This document shows, in pieces, positions 41,813-51,488 of a stretch of 59,692 nt of DNA. Numbering within the stretch: the stretch's first letter is position 1; each line of letters opens with the position of its first letter. A program made the translations under genes and the position numbers. A model generated the notes under the pieces. It was not told the DNA's origin. It ran no database searches and worked only from the letters and a program-made list of their open reading frames with translations. Origin of the DNA: a virus (lineage: Duplodnaviria; Caudoviricetes); IMG/VR virus record IMGVR_UViG_3300042453_002905, positions 1-59,692 of that record. One strand, written 5' to 3'.

Positions 41813-44800
41813 TTAGACTGCTGCTTTCACTCCGTTGACTCCGTCCTTCACGGTGCGGAGCATTTCTTCAAGTACCGTCGACTGCCGTTGCAGTTCGACG
41901 AGGTTCTGGTCGCGGGCGGCGTCCTCTCCTCGCAGGAGCCGGTTCAGTTCGCGAGCACCCTCTTGCGTCGAGATGTCGGAGACGTTCAGGGCGGCTCGGC
42001 TCAGCCCTTGGAGGATCGCGTTCTCAACGGAGTCGGCGAGGCCGAAGATGGCCGGGGCGGCCTGCCTCGCCTGCTGATTCACGAACCTGTCGATCGCCAC
42101 CTGCTGTGCGGCGAAGTCGACGAGTCCACCGCCCTCGACGGCATCCTGGCCGAACGCCTGGCGAATGTCCTCGATTCCACGAGCCAAGTCTTCGGCCGCC
42201 TGCTGGGCAGGGGTCAGCGAGAGCCGTCGACCACGGGCTGCGGCTTGCCGCTGCTCCTCTTCTTGCGTCGAGGCGTCGCGAGCAGCGACCGCGGCGGGGT
42301 CGGCTGCGATCTGTGCGTCGATGGATGCCTCCAGCGCGGCTCTCTCCTGACGCAGTTGGGCCTGCGCTGAAGCGTCCAATGCGCCAGAAGCCAGTTGCTC
42401 ATTTATCTCACGGATGCGATTAAACGTGCCTTGGAGGGCCGGGTCGTTCTGTGCCTGCTCCTCAAGCCGCGCCCGTGCGTTGGCGATCTCCACCTGAGCC
42501 TGACGCTCCAGTTCGATCTGCCGCTGGAGGGCTGCATCGGCTGCGGCCCGCTCCTCGCGAGTCCTTGGAGTGCTAAATCCAAGGTCTTGCCGGCGAGCAT
42601 CGTCGGCCGCCTGCTGGGCCGACTGAAGGTTTTGGGCTGCTTCCTGAGACGCACGATTGAGTGCTTCGGCAAAACGATTGACGGCGAGTGTTGCCGCCTC
42701 GATGGCGGCGGCCTCGACGGCGAACGCCTGCTCGGCACGCTCTGCCCTTCGGGCGGCGAAGGGATTGTTCGGATCACGCTGGGCTGCTCGCGCCAGGGCG
42801 TCCCGGTTGGCCTGCAACTCGCGGAGGCGTCGAGCCAGTTGGCCCTCGGCTAGGCCAGCACCGGCGAGGTTTTGCTGGGCACGCTCCACGCGGGCCTGAA
42901 GCTGCCGCTGCGGGTCGACCGTGATCTCGCGACGCAGGGCGTCCGTGCGGGCGATGACATCGGCCTGGCGGGCACGGACTCGGTCGATACGGGCTTGGGC
43001 TTCGCCCTGCCGTCGAGTACGTTCATCGACTCCTTCGATTCGCCGAGCCGCCTCAAGGTCGATGAACGCTTGCCGCAGTTGCTCGCCAAGGAAGTTGGCT
43101 TGGGCCTCGAAGATTCTTGCTGAAGGTACTCCGAGCAGAATCGCGTCGGCGACGGCCTGCTGGGCTTGCTCGATTGCAATTGACGACCTGTTCCCAGACC
43201 GAATGATGGCGAGGGCTGCCTGGTCAAGCGCCCCACGAAGCGGGAGTTCAAGAGACGCCAACTGCTGCTGGAGGACATTGAGCCTGGCGGCGGCCCGATT
43301 GGCCTCTGGTGCGAAAAACCCTGCCCCCTCTGCGTCTGGCCGCAGGTTGGCGATTTCTGCTTCAAGAGCGCGACGCTGGGACTGGATCGCTTCCGCGGTG
43401 TCGCCTACATCAATGCCTGCGACCGACTGCTGAACTCTTGCCTCAATCGCCTCCGGAGTGAAGAGCCGCGGGTCAGCCCCCGTCCTCCGCCCTCTGTCGA
43501 ACTCGACGGTGCGCCTGGCCTCTGCAATGGCGTCTCTGATTTCGACGCCAGTGAACCGCCTGCTAAGTGCTGCCTGGGCCGCCTCGCGTTCCCTTCGGCG
43601 AGACTCCTCGACGCTTGCCTGAATAGCGGTCCTGGCACCGATGTCAGTCTGATCCTGTAGCTGACGTTGAAGCTGATTTTGCTGCGCTCGCTCTCGCTGC
43701 ACGGTCGGGTCATTGCCAAAGACAATTTCTTCTCGAAGCTCTCGCTGCTGATCGGCAAATCCAGACAACTGCCCCTCAAACGCCTGCGCCGCCCTCGCAG
43801 ACTCAGAGAAAGCGCGGTCTGAGATCGAGACTCCCAGCGTTGCGAAGGCGTCGGCTAGTTCCTCGACAAGCGTCTTCTGCCTTGCCAGCGAGTCATTCAG
43901 CGCCTTCGTCTGGTCTTCCGCCGTGCGGCCGTTGTTAATGTATTTAACGATCGCGACGGCTGCTTGGCCGGCAAGAACGGCACCGAGGGCGACGAACAGC
44001 CCAGTCGTGCCGCCAGCGACGAAGCCTAGCTGCGTAATGTTATTGCTGATCGCCCGCAGCTTTTGTTCGGGGCCGCCCACGGCTGAGAAGAAGTCGTCGA
44101 TCGCGAACGCCGCCTGGTTCAAGGCCAGGCTGATGTTGTCGGCACCGAAGCGGCCAACGTCGCCGGCTCGCCGAAGCTGGCCGCGAATGCGTCGCTGGGA
44201 GCCGGCACCACGAAGTTGCGACGTGGCTGCGATGGCCTCGTTTCTGGCAGTGTCGACGGCCGCACTTAGTTCGGCGTTGCCTGGATTTTCCAACGACAAC
44301 GCGACGGCCTCGCGAAAGCGGTTGAACGCCTGCACCGCCGGGCCGCTGGCCTGCGCCCCGACACGGCCGAGGATGTTGCGAAGCACCTCAAGCTCGCCAG
44401 CAGCGGAGCGGATGCGGCTGGCATTGATGAACTCGTCGAAATTGCCGAACTGGTCGCGAAGACCTTGAACCGACGAGGCCCGTCGAACGCCCGTCTCGAT
44501 GTCACGAACGCGGGCGGCTGCGGCGGCGATCTGCTCCTCCGTCGCGTCGGCGCTGTTGCGGAGATCAAGAAGCTCTTGTCGAGCCGCGGTCAGGGCAGGG
44601 ACGAAGCGGGACTGAATCGGGGCAGGCAGGCGGTCGAGGGCTGACTCCAGGGAGTTCACCTGGCCGACGATGACGCCGATCTGGCGGGTTGGGTCGGTGA
44701 GTGGCAGGCCGAGGCCGATTTGGTCTGGCGTCAGTGGAGGCGGTGGAGGCGGCGGCAGCGGCGGCCCTTGCGGGCCTTCGGCGATTCCGGCGATCCTGTT

Positions 44801-46507
44801 AAGCCGGTCTGTGTTTCTGGCGAGAGCCGCCGAAACGCGAGGGTCGCCGATCGGCAGGCCGGCGAACCTTTCAGCATCACGCTGCTGAAATCTCCCTGTC
44901 GCCTGCAACTGCCGCTCAAGCTGCGACCGCAGAAAATTGTCTTGTACGTTTGCGACTGCTGATTCCGCGCGTCGCCTCGCAGAGATCATCTCGTCGCCGG
45001 GCGACGGCCCTCTCTGGAGAAGAATCGCAGCCTCGGATGCGAAAACGTCGCGAGTTTGCCTAACGACGCGCAGCCGACGCTCTTCTGCGGCGACGAGGCC
45101 GTTCACCTTGTTCGTCTGCTCGGCGATCGCCAAATCGGCCGCAGCAAGCTCACGCGCATATCGTTCTCGCCCAAGCCTTCCGAATGCCGGCCCCTCGGCG
45201 AAGATTCCATCGCGGCGAGATTGCAATTCCGCGAGGGCCTGCAACTCCTGGGCGATGACGCCCGACCTAAACGCAAACTGCCCCTGACGCTGCTCCTGCG
45301 GAGACAGCTTGAGGGCGTCATCCTGAAGTGCCTTCGCCCGATTGATGGCGGCAAGTGCTTCGGGCTGCGTGAACGCGAACGATGTGCCGGCATTGAAACC
45401 AGCAAGGGCTTGCGTCACCTCGCCGATCCTGTCGACCGCCTCGACGACGCGAAGAGCCGACGCCGCGAGGGCGTTGAACCGTTGCTCGCCGACGGCGACA
45501 CCAGCCTCGATGTCGGCGCGAAGTCTTTCCGCCTGCTCTGAGATAGCATTGAAAGCCGGAGAGAACGCGGCCTGCACGTCGAGGCTGAACGACTCTAGCC
45601 GCTGCCCTGCTTGCGCAAGAGGCTCGCCGATCTGCTTGGCAGCCGAGAACAACGCTCGGACGCGGTTCGTCGCCGCGATGATGTCCTGCTCGCCAAGAAC
45701 ATTGATGACCGCATTGATCTGCTCTGGCGTCGCTCCGCGGAACTTCTCAAGTACCGCATCCAGTTCTGGGACGCCGCCAATCTTGATGAGGGCGTTCAGC
45801 GAGGTGGAACTGACTCCTTGAAGCTCCTCGACGACGCGATCAAGCTGCTCGACGCCGCCAATGCGGAGCAGGAGTCGCAGGTCTTTGCGACTCAGGCCGA
45901 GAGCCTGTTCCTCGACCGTATTGAGTGCCTCTGAGCCGCCGACACGCAGAGCCAAGGCAAGCCGCTCGCCCGAGAGCGAGCGCACTTCCTCCTGAATCTC
46001 ACGAAGCCTCGCCAGACCGCCGGGGCCGGCGTTGACTACCGCTCCGATCGACTGCTGGCTCAGGCTGCCAAGCTCGCGACGAATGTCACGGAGAGCACCA
46101 AGGCCGCCGAAGCGGACGGCGATGTCAAGATCGCGGCCGTCGATGCCCTCGATGGCACGGCGGAACTCGTCCAGCGACCGCATCCCGCTGGCCCGAACCA
46201 CAAGCCCGACCTGGCTCTGCTTGAGCGTTGCCAGTCTCTGCTTGAGGCCGTCGATGTCCTTGATCGCCCCTGCGAACCCGCGGAACGACAACTTCATCGA
46301 CGACGCAGCCTGCAACGCCCGCTCCAGCCGCTGCACCCGCGGGATCATCCCATCGAACGCCTTATTGGCGTCGTTGGTCGCCCGAGTGATGTCACGCTCG
46401 ACGCTGGTGGCGAACCGCCGGAGATCGTTGGCGGCACCGTTCAGGCTCCGACTGAAGCCCGAGGTGTTCGCCGAGACGATCGCCGAGATTTTGCCGAGGT
46501 AACTCAT
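41813..46507 (-). CDS. Tape measure protein
   Basis: About 1564 aa, Ala/Gln/Arg-rich; follows the tail assembly chaperones. Confidence 0.9.
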   Translation of the reverse strand: MSYLGKISAIVSANTSGFSRSLNGAANDLRRFATSVERDITRATNDANKAFDGMIPRVQRLERALQAASSMKLSFRGFAGAIKDIDGLKQRLATLKQSQVGLVVRASGMRSLDEFRRAIEGIDGRDLDIAVRFGGLGALRDIRRELGSLSQQSIGAVVNAGPGGLARLREIQEEVRSLSGERLALALRVGGSEALNTVEEQALGLSRKDLRLLLRIGGVEQLDRVVEELQGVSSTSLNALIKIGGVPELDAVLEKFRGATPEQINAVINVLGEQDIIAATNRVRALFSAAKQIGEPLAQAGQRLESFSLDVQAAFSPAFNAISEQAERLRADIEAGVAVGEQRFNALAASALRVVEAVDRIGEVTQALAGFNAGTSFAFTQPEALAAINRAKALQDDALKLSPQEQRQGQFAFRSGVIAQELQALAELQSRRDGIFAEGPAFGRLGRERYARELAAADLAIAEQTNKVNGLVAAEERRLRVVRQTRDVFASEAAILLQRGPSPGDEMISARRRAESAVANVQDNFLRSQLERQLQATGRFQQRDAERFAGLPIGDPRVSAALARNTDRLNRIAGIAEGPQGPPLPPPPPPPLTPDQIGLGLPLTDPTRQIGVIVGQVNSLESALDRLPAPIQSRFVPALTAARQELLDLRNSADATEEQIAAAAARVRDIETGVRRASSVQGLRDQFGNFDEFINASRIRSAAGELEVLRNILGRVGAQASGPAVQAFNRFREAVALSLENPGNAELSAAVDTARNEAIAATSQLRGAGSQRRIRGQLRRAGDVGRFGADNISLALNQAAFAIDDFFSAVGGPEQKLRAISNNITQLGFVAGGTTGLFVALGAVLAGQAAVAIVKYINNGRTAEDQTKALNDSLARQKTLVEELADAFATLGVSISDRAFSESARAAQAFEGQLSGFADQQRELREEIVFGNDPTVQRERAQQNQLQRQLQDQTDIGARTAIQASVEESRRREREAAQAALSRRFTGVEIRDAIAEARRTVEFDRGRRTGADPRLFTPEAIEARVQQSVAGIDVGDTAEAIQSQRRALEAEIANLRPDAEGAGFFAPEANRAAARLNVLQQQLASLELPLRGALDQAALAIIRSGNRSSIAIEQAQQAVADAILLGVPSARIFEAQANFLGEQLRQAFIDLEAARRIEGVDERTRRQGEAQARIDRVRARQADVIARTDALRREITVDPQRQLQARVERAQQNLAGAGLAEGQLARRLRELQANRDALARAAQRDPNNPFAARRAERAEQAFAVEAAAIEAATLAVNRFAEALNRASQEAAQNLQSAQQAADDARRQDLGFSTPRTREERAAADAALQRQIELERQAQVEIANARARLEEQAQNDPALQGTFNRIREINEQLASGALDASAQAQLRQERAALEASIDAQIAADPAAVAARDASTQEEEQRQAAARGRRLSLTPAQQAAEDLARGIEDIRQAFGQDAVEGGGLVDFAAQQVAIDRFVNQQARQAAPAIFGLADSVENAILQGLSRAALNVSDISTQEGARELNRLLRGEDAARDQNLVELQRQSTVLEEMLRTVKDGVNGVKAAV

Positions 46508-46827
46508 CAATCATCCTGAGGTGGTTGCGACAACTTAATCAACTCGCTGATCATCTGATCGCCCGACTGCTCAGGACGCACCGCGGTCGGGATGAAGACG
46601 TTTTCGTCAGGCACCCGTTTGTAGTTCCCGCTTGCCGCCATGACAGTCCTGCAAATCCGTGCGGTCTGCTGCCAGCCATCGGAGATCGGCCACCGCTGGT
46701 CGTAGGCAAACCACTCGCTGAGTTCCTCGCTATCCACCTCCTGAAGCAACCGCTTGACCGACATCCCCAGCGCGAGCGCTAGGCGGAAGTAGAAGCGTCG
46801 CTCTGGTCGGTCGCGGAATCTTTTCCC
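46507..46827 (-). CDS. Tail assembly chaperone, -1 frameshift extension (gpGT-like)
   Basis: The -1 frame from the slippery site reads RFRDRPERRFYFRLALALGMSVKRLL...EW.AY. Confidence 0.8.
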   Translation of the reverse strand, partial: GKRFRDRPERRFYFRLALALGMSVKRLLQEVDSEELSEWFAYDQRWPISDGWQQTARICRTVMAASGNYKRVPDENVFIPTAVRPEQSGDQMISELIKLSQPPQDD

Positions 46828-47150
46828 AGCGTGTCGATGTCCTCGTTACGGAGGGCGTTGAGCGACCACGCCTTATCGAAAATCTTTGCGATCACGACCG
46901 ACGACTTTTTGCCCAGTTCGTTCATCTCTTCGTCGGTGAACAGACGCTGGCCCTTCTCGTCACAGAGGGTCATCACGAGAAACCGCGCCCGAAAGTTCTT
47001 CATCTTCTCGGTCGAGTAGGCATCCTCGAACTTGTCGCGGTCGGTGCCCGAAAGCACCTTCACGAACACCGAGCCGCCCCACTCAGGCACGGCGACCTCT
47101 TCGAGCTTCACGTCTTCTGCGGCGAGAATCTTTGCTTTGTTCAGAGCCAT
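46779..47150 (-). CDS. Tail assembly chaperone (gpG-like)
   Basis: VPEWGG.V.V..LSG..RD and LCDE.G.RLF motifs. Confidence 0.85.
   Translation of the reverse strand: MALNKAKILAAEDVKLEEVAVPEWGGSVFVKVLSGTDRDKFEDAYSTEKMKNFRARFLVMTLCDEKGQRLFTDEEMNELGKKSSVVIAKIFDKAWSLNALRNEDIDTLGKDSATDQSDASTSA
46821..46827 (-). other. -1 ribosomal frameshift site G GGA AAA
   Basis: X XXY YYZ heptamer in the correct frame near the end of the chaperone gene. Confidence 0.85.
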
Positions 47151-47156
47151 TAAAAA

Positions 47157-47531
47157 TCAACTCCCGTAGTAATCCGTCATCCGAAATCGCAAAGTCCCTC
47201 GCACGATGTCGCCAACCCTGGCTTCTGTCGTTGCCGATTCAAGAATCACGTTTCGGCCAATGCTGTAACCGGGCGACACAAACAGTAGTCTTCCTGTCTG
47301 TCGCACGAGCGACTGCGGGTCGGCCTGCAACGGGCCGGCGTGGATGTAATCCACGGAGATGGTGCCGCCAGACCACTCGCCGGTCGGAACCATGCCGATT
47401 GTGCCGACGGGGTCGACCGCGGAGGCCATATCCGTGACCTCCGCGGTCGGTGTCTCGACGCTGACTCCAGACACGATGGCCTGGACGCCCATGAACGTAA
47501 ATGTCGCGCCGTGGGCAGAGACGCCAGCCAT
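47157..47531 (-). CDS. Tail tube-like protein, paralog 2
   Basis: MAGVSAHGATFTF...VGDIVRGTLRF. Confidence 0.7.
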   Translation of the reverse strand: MAGVSAHGATFTFMGVQAIVSGVSVETPTAEVTDMASAVDPVGTIGMVPTGEWSGGTISVDYIHAGPLQADPQSLVRQTGRLLFVSPGYSIGRNVILESATTEARVGDIVRGTLRFRMTDYYGS

Positions 47532-47537
47532 GTCGCG

Positions 47538-47873
47538 TTACGCGACGCGGAAGGTCGCGCTCCCCTTGATGAGGTCCCCGACGGAACCGCCGATCGAGGC
47601 AGACGAGCAAGTCGCGTTCCCCGTAAACGAAATCGGCCCGCTGATGGCAAGCGCACCGGACGTGCCGGCCGCCAGGATCGTCGTCGAGATGTAGTCGATC
47701 TGCACTTCGCGATCGGTGGCGAAACCGCCAACGTACTCACGACGCTGATTCGGGCCAATGCCCAGGTGGCTGCCATCAATGAGGTCTTGCGTGTCGTTGA
47801 CCTGCACCGACGTGACCGTCAGTGCCGAGCCGCCGAAGGTAAAGGTGAGTCCCTGTGCCGAAACGCCTGCCAT
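47538..47873 (-). CDS. Tail tube (major tail) protein, paralog 1
   Basis: MAGVSAQGLTFTF...VGDLIKGSATF; follows the tail terminator. Confidence 0.75.
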   Translation of the reverse strand: MAGVSAQGLTFTFGGSALTVTSVQVNDTQDLIDGSHLGIGPNQRREYVGGFATDREVQIDYISTTILAAGTSGALAISGPISFTGNATCSSASIGGSVGDLIKGSATFRVA

Positions 47874-47877
47874 AAGT

Positions 47878-47915
47878 GCGCCTCCTTGCGCTATAAGCCC
47901 TCAAGCGTCCTGCTT
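47878..47915 (-). promoter_or_regulatory. Two GGA-loop hairpins in the tail-tube leader
   Basis: AAGC-AGGAC-GCTT (47903-47915) and GCGC-AAGGAG-GCGC (47878-47891). Confidence 0.6.
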
Positions 47916-47941
47916 TCAGGCGGTGTTGTCTTGTCCAGTCG

Positions 47942-48361
47942 CTAAACACTCCAGCGTAATCGGTACAACTGCCTGACCTCATACGCTGGGGGTAGTTGCG
48001 AACTGCTCTGGATGGGGTCGAGGAAGTCGTCCACCTCCGAGGTCAGCCGCATATCTTGTATTGTAACGCTGGCGAGAGTGCCGCTGTGACCATCAAGGCA
48101 CTGCCAGACCTCGTAGGCGACCTCACGAACGGCGTCATATGTCGGCCCCCAGATCGACAGTTGCATATTCACAAGCGGCTTGATGTCGAGGCCCGCCAAC
48201 TCCGAATCCCGCGAGATGCCGGAACGCCGGTAGATCACAAACGGCATTGCCGCGCCGGTCTTCGGCACCGCCATCGGGTAGACGCCGAAACCGATGTGCC
48301 TCGCCACCGCAGGTGTGGTCACGAGCCGCAGATAGATGTGTTTTTCGGGCAAAAGCAGCAT
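47942..48361 (-). CDS. Tail terminator (DUF3168-like)
   Basis: VYP...P....PFVIY pattern; gene order. Confidence 0.75.
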   Translation of the reverse strand: MLLLPEKHIYLRLVTTPAVARHIGFGVYPMAVPKTGAAMPFVIYRRSGISRDSELAGLDIKPLVNMQLSIWGPTYDAVREVAYEVWQCLDGHSGTLASVTIQDMRLTSEVDDFLDPIQSSSQLPPAYEVRQLYRLRWSV

Positions 48362-49113
48362 CAGCGAGACGCCTTGTTTATCAGTTGGATCAGTTCCCCC
48401 TCCAGAATCGACTTAACCTGAGCCTGTTTTTGCGCGATGGTCTTCTGCATCAGCCCGAGGGCAGGCATCCCGCCGTAGGTTTCTCCGGGGTGCAATGTCA
48501 TCGGACGCATCTCGTCGTCACCGGCAAGCCGCATGAAGTCGTGCGTGTACCCGCGGCCCATCCTCGCCTGCCTGGTCGGCTCGTTGCGAGAACCCATCAA
48601 AAAGTAATAACCGGCTCCCATCCGGCTGAAGTTTTCGTCGTTCGTCGAGGAGTGCCGAGACATCTTCCCGTTGATGCGTTGGTGGACGTTGATGTACGCC
48701 CGACGATTCTGCGAACCGGGCTTGCGAGGCTTCGATCCGAACTCGACCAGCCAGGCGTGATTGCCACTGGCCCGCTTGATGCTGGCCCCAGCGCTGCCGG
48801 TCTGCTCCGGCCCCGTCACCGCGACGGCGACCTCGCCGCTGCGGTACTTTCTGGGAAGCGTCTTCGTGCTGCGGGCGAGGTTGCCGGTGGCCTCGATGGC
48901 TCGTGCCCTCTGCTTGTAGCCCTCCAGAATCGGCACGCTGGCCTTCTTCACGGCTGCGGCCTTCTCGGCATACGAGACGCTCTGCTCGATCTCGTAGAAC
49001 CGCTTCAGCACCTCGTCCATGCCGTCCATGCCGATGCGGACGAACGCATTGGCAATCTGCTTGCCGGTGCGTCCGTTGAAGTCGATCGGCGTCGGTGTGC
49101 CGCGGTTGATCAC
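48361..49113 (-). CDS. HK97 gp10-like tail completion protein
   Basis: TGNLARS and HAWLVEFGS motifs. Confidence 0.75.
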   Translation of the reverse strand: MINRGTPTPIDFNGRTGKQIANAFVRIGMDGMDEVLKRFYEIEQSVSYAEKAAAVKKASVPILEGYKQRARAIEATGNLARSTKTLPRKYRSGEVAVAVTGPEQTGSAGASIKRASGNHAWLVEFGSKPRKPGSQNRRAYINVHQRINGKMSRHSSTNDENFSRMGAGYYFLMGSRNEPTRQARMGRGYTHDFMRLAGDDEMRPMTLHPGETYGGMPALGLMQKTIAQKQAQVKSILEGELIQLINKASR

Positions 49114-49442
49114 TGCTTTTCCCTCGTCATAATCTCAAGGACTGCACGATCCTCTCTGCCATACGAACTGGGACGCTCCATCACGGTGGTGATCTCCAGA
49201 ATCCGGCCCCGCCACAACAGCCGGTGCTCCGGGGTGATCCCGTCTCGATACCGGATATACACCTTGTGACTAATAATCATGTTCACCTGCATCGCCTGGA
49301 GCACGTCGCGGCCCGAGTAGGCGTAGACGTTCGCCCACACGGTCGCCACGTCGTCCCACTGAAGCGTCGTCTCGCCGAGCGTGCTCCGCACGTCGCGAGG
49401 CGCTTGAATCGTCACTCGCTCGCGGAACCTTCCGGCTTCCAT
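49110..49442 (-). CDS. Head closure / head-tail adaptor (SPP1 gp16-like)
   Basis: AG.FRERVTIQ, W.DVATVWA and IRYR motifs. Confidence 0.85.
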   Translation of the reverse strand: MEAGRFRERVTIQAPRDVRSTLGETTLQWDDVATVWANVYAYSGRDVLQAMQVNMIISHKVYIRYRDGITPEHRLLWRGRILEITTVMERPSSYGREDRAVLEIMTREKQ

Positions 49443-49445
49443 GCC

Positions 49446-49775
49446 TCACCCGATCCAGATGGCGGAATACGCTGAACTCGACGCCGTCGTTCGCACGGTG
49501 ATCGTGGCTGTCACTGGCAGCACCGCCATTCGGCCTGGCTGGATCGCCATTGCGCCGGCCAGCACGATCGGCTCGGTGCCTGTGTTCTTCACGGCTAGCG
49601 TCGTGAGCGGGCCGCTTCCGACGATTGAAGATGATTGCGTCGTTGCGTTGCCGCTGATGAGTTGAGCCGTCGATGGCGACGAGAAAACGTGATCCGAGAG
49701 CGCCCCCACTGTGAATGCGCTGTCGGTGCGATTGTGAAATACAACATCGGAGTGGATTCTGGCCTGGATGCTCAT
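49446..49775 (-). CDS. Hypothetical virion protein
   Basis: ATGA coupling within the head-tail module. Confidence 0.65.
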   Translation of the reverse strand: MSIQARIHSDVVFHNRTDSAFTVGALSDHVFSSPSTAQLISGNATTQSSSIVGSGPLTTLAVKNTGTEPIVLAGAMAIQPGRMAVLPVTATITVRTTASSSAYSAIWIG

Positions 49776-50437
49776 CGGTACGACCCCCACCTGGCTGACG
49801 CCAGCAGCGTCTTCACCGTGTACGGAATATCCATTGCGCTGATGCCCTGGCCGTAAGTCACCGGCTCGCGAGACTCGTACCAGTGACCAGCCAGCATGAT
49901 CACGAGGTGGCGAACGTCGGCCGGCACCTCGTGCGGGTTGCCGTAGCCGGCCACCCAGCGGACGCGAACGCTGTTTTCGTCGCCTCTGGCCGGCGGCCAC
50001 GTCGCCGTGTAGTTCGGGTAGACGCGGCCGGGGATCGAGTAGTGGTCGACGCGGAAGTTTCCGGCGGCTGACGTGATCGTCGTTTCCTGACCACTCACTC
50101 CGCTGACGTAGGTGATTGTCACGCTCGTCGGCTGGATCGGCGGGCGCGGCAGGACGAAGTCCCATGACGGAAAGTCGTCGTAGGTGGCCTCAAGCGTGGT
50201 CGTGATAAGCGTCTGGTCGGTCTGCTCCTCGGCCCACGTCGAGGCAGCCGCGATCAGCCCCATGATGTATGAGTCGTCTTCAGAGATGTCGACGCGGCAA
50301 TGGCTTTTCACGTCGGTGAGCGCGACGGGCCACACCGTCGGCTGCACCACCTTGCGGAGGCTCCTGTACCTCGTGGCGATTGGCGAGAGCGGAGGGGTCG
50401 CCTCGTGGCGGCCGTCCCAGATGCGTCCTGTGATCAT
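49772..50437 (-). CDS. Head-tail connector (HK97 gp6 / phiE125 gp8-like)
   Basis: PV.L.DVK.HCRVD..EDD, AGYG and HWYE.RE motifs. Confidence 0.88.
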   Translation of the reverse strand: MITGRIWDGRHEATPPLSPIATRYRSLRKVVQPTVWPVALTDVKSHCRVDISEDDSYIMGLIAAASTWAEEQTDQTLITTTLEATYDDFPSWDFVLPRPPIQPTSVTITYVSGVSGQETTITSAAGNFRVDHYSIPGRVYPNYTATWPPARGDENSVRVRWVAGYGNPHEVPADVRHLVIMLAGHWYESREPVTYGQGISAMDIPYTVKTLLASARWGSYR

Positions 50438-50625
50438 TTGCGCCGTTTCCTTGGCTTGCTGTCGATCGATGCGTGCTCGACCTCTGGCTCGACCGTCGCC
50501 GTCTCATCCTCGGCCACCGGCTCGACCAGGCCGCGGGCCACGAAAATGCGGGCCATCCCGTCGGGCCAGTCAAACTCCTGGCCTCGCTTGTACGCCTGAA
50601 ACGCCTGAACGACCCGAATCTTCAT
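50434..50625 (-). CDS. Small virion-module protein with L9-N-terminus-like pattern
   Basis: MKIRVV...GQ....DGMAR....RGLV. Confidence 0.6.
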   Translation of the reverse strand: MKIRVVQAFQAYKRGQEFDWPDGMARIFVARGLVEPVAEDETATVEPEVEHASIDSKPRKRRK

Positions 50626-51350
50626 TTTATCGCCCCCCATGCTGCCTCTGGCGGGATGCGACCGCCGTTCCAAAACTCCGTCGTGTGCTGCTGCACCTTG
50701 CCGCCTTCGACCGAGCGGCTGGGCCAGGTGATCATCAGTTCGGCGTGGCCGACGCTGATGTTCGTCGCGAGGCCCAGCTTGTTGCCAGACTTCGCAAACA
50801 ATTTCCAGAATGCGATGTCCTCATCAACGTGACCGCCGTCGAATTCGCCCCTGTCATTCGCCGCAGCGATGAACCAAGGCTTCGGCATCTTCTTGATCGC
50901 CGCAGTGCGGAGGAACGTCAGGCCGAAGTGGGCCGTCTCCACCGGCTGCACCGGCTTCGTGAAGAATTCCGCCTCGACGCTGGTCTTCTCTTCGGGAGCC
51001 ACGCCTGGCAAGGCGAACATGACCGCGTTGGCCTCCCGCTTCGTCTGGAGCGGTGCAATCGCGTCGTAGCCCGAATACATGAGGAGGGCCAGGAGAGCCT
51101 CGACCGTCTTACTCGTAAAAACGGTGTCGTAGTCGATCGTCAGGATCACGTCGTGCGTGTCGACGACGGTTTCCATCGCCCTTTGGAGGCACTGGCCCCA
51201 GAAGGCTCCGGTCACTTTGATCGGGGCGATGCCGTGCGGAGCCAGAGCGCTCGACACACAGAAGAAGTTGTCGGTGAAGCCCAGCCGCGGGGTGCTCATC
51301 ACCGCTGCGACTTTGACCTCGGCCTCACATGATCCGACTCTGACCAGCAT
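50622..51350 (-). CDS. Glycosyltransferase (GT2-like) directly after the major capsid gene
   Basis: IDYD (DxD), FGLT, PKPWF, EDI.F and VGH motifs. Confidence 0.75.
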   Translation of the reverse strand: MLVRVGSCEAEVKVAAVMSTPRLGFTDNFFCVSSALAPHGIAPIKVTGAFWGQCLQRAMETVVDTHDVILTIDYDTVFTSKTVEALLALLMYSGYDAIAPLQTKREANAVMFALPGVAPEEKTSVEAEFFTKPVQPVETAHFGLTFLRTAAIKKMPKPWFIAAANDRGEFDGGHVDEDIAFWKLFAKSGNKLGLATNISVGHAELMITWPSRSVEGGKVQQHTTEFWNGGRIPPEAAWGAIK

Positions 51351-51356
51351 ATCGAT

Positions 51357-51421
51357 CGCTCCTATGTAAAAGGAGCGGGCGCGCCTCCTTGCGCCTATTT
51401 GGTCATCCTGACCATCCCGCT
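51357..51421 (-). promoter_or_regulatory. Three-way junction with two GGA loops, competing with an RBS-sequestering hairpin
   Basis: AGCGGG/CCCGCT encloses TGGTC-AGGAT-GACCA and GCGC-AAGGAG-GCGC; alternative helix CGCTCCT/AGGAGCG. Confidence 0.6.
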
Positions 51422-51430
51422 ATACGGGGC

Positions 51431-51468
51431 GATGCCCGGCGGGGGCTGATTGCTCCCCGCCGGGCATC
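51431..51468 (-). terminator. 14-bp hairpin after the capsid gene, no U-tract (stabiliser, pause or weak terminator)
   Basis: GATGCCCGGCGGGG/CCCCGCCGGGCATC. Confidence 0.55.
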
Positions 51469-51488
51469 TTGACTTCATTGGCTATTGA

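Noticed and set aside
46779-46827. Frameshift as a novel feature
   Set aside because: It is the well-known tail assembly chaperone G/GT frameshift.
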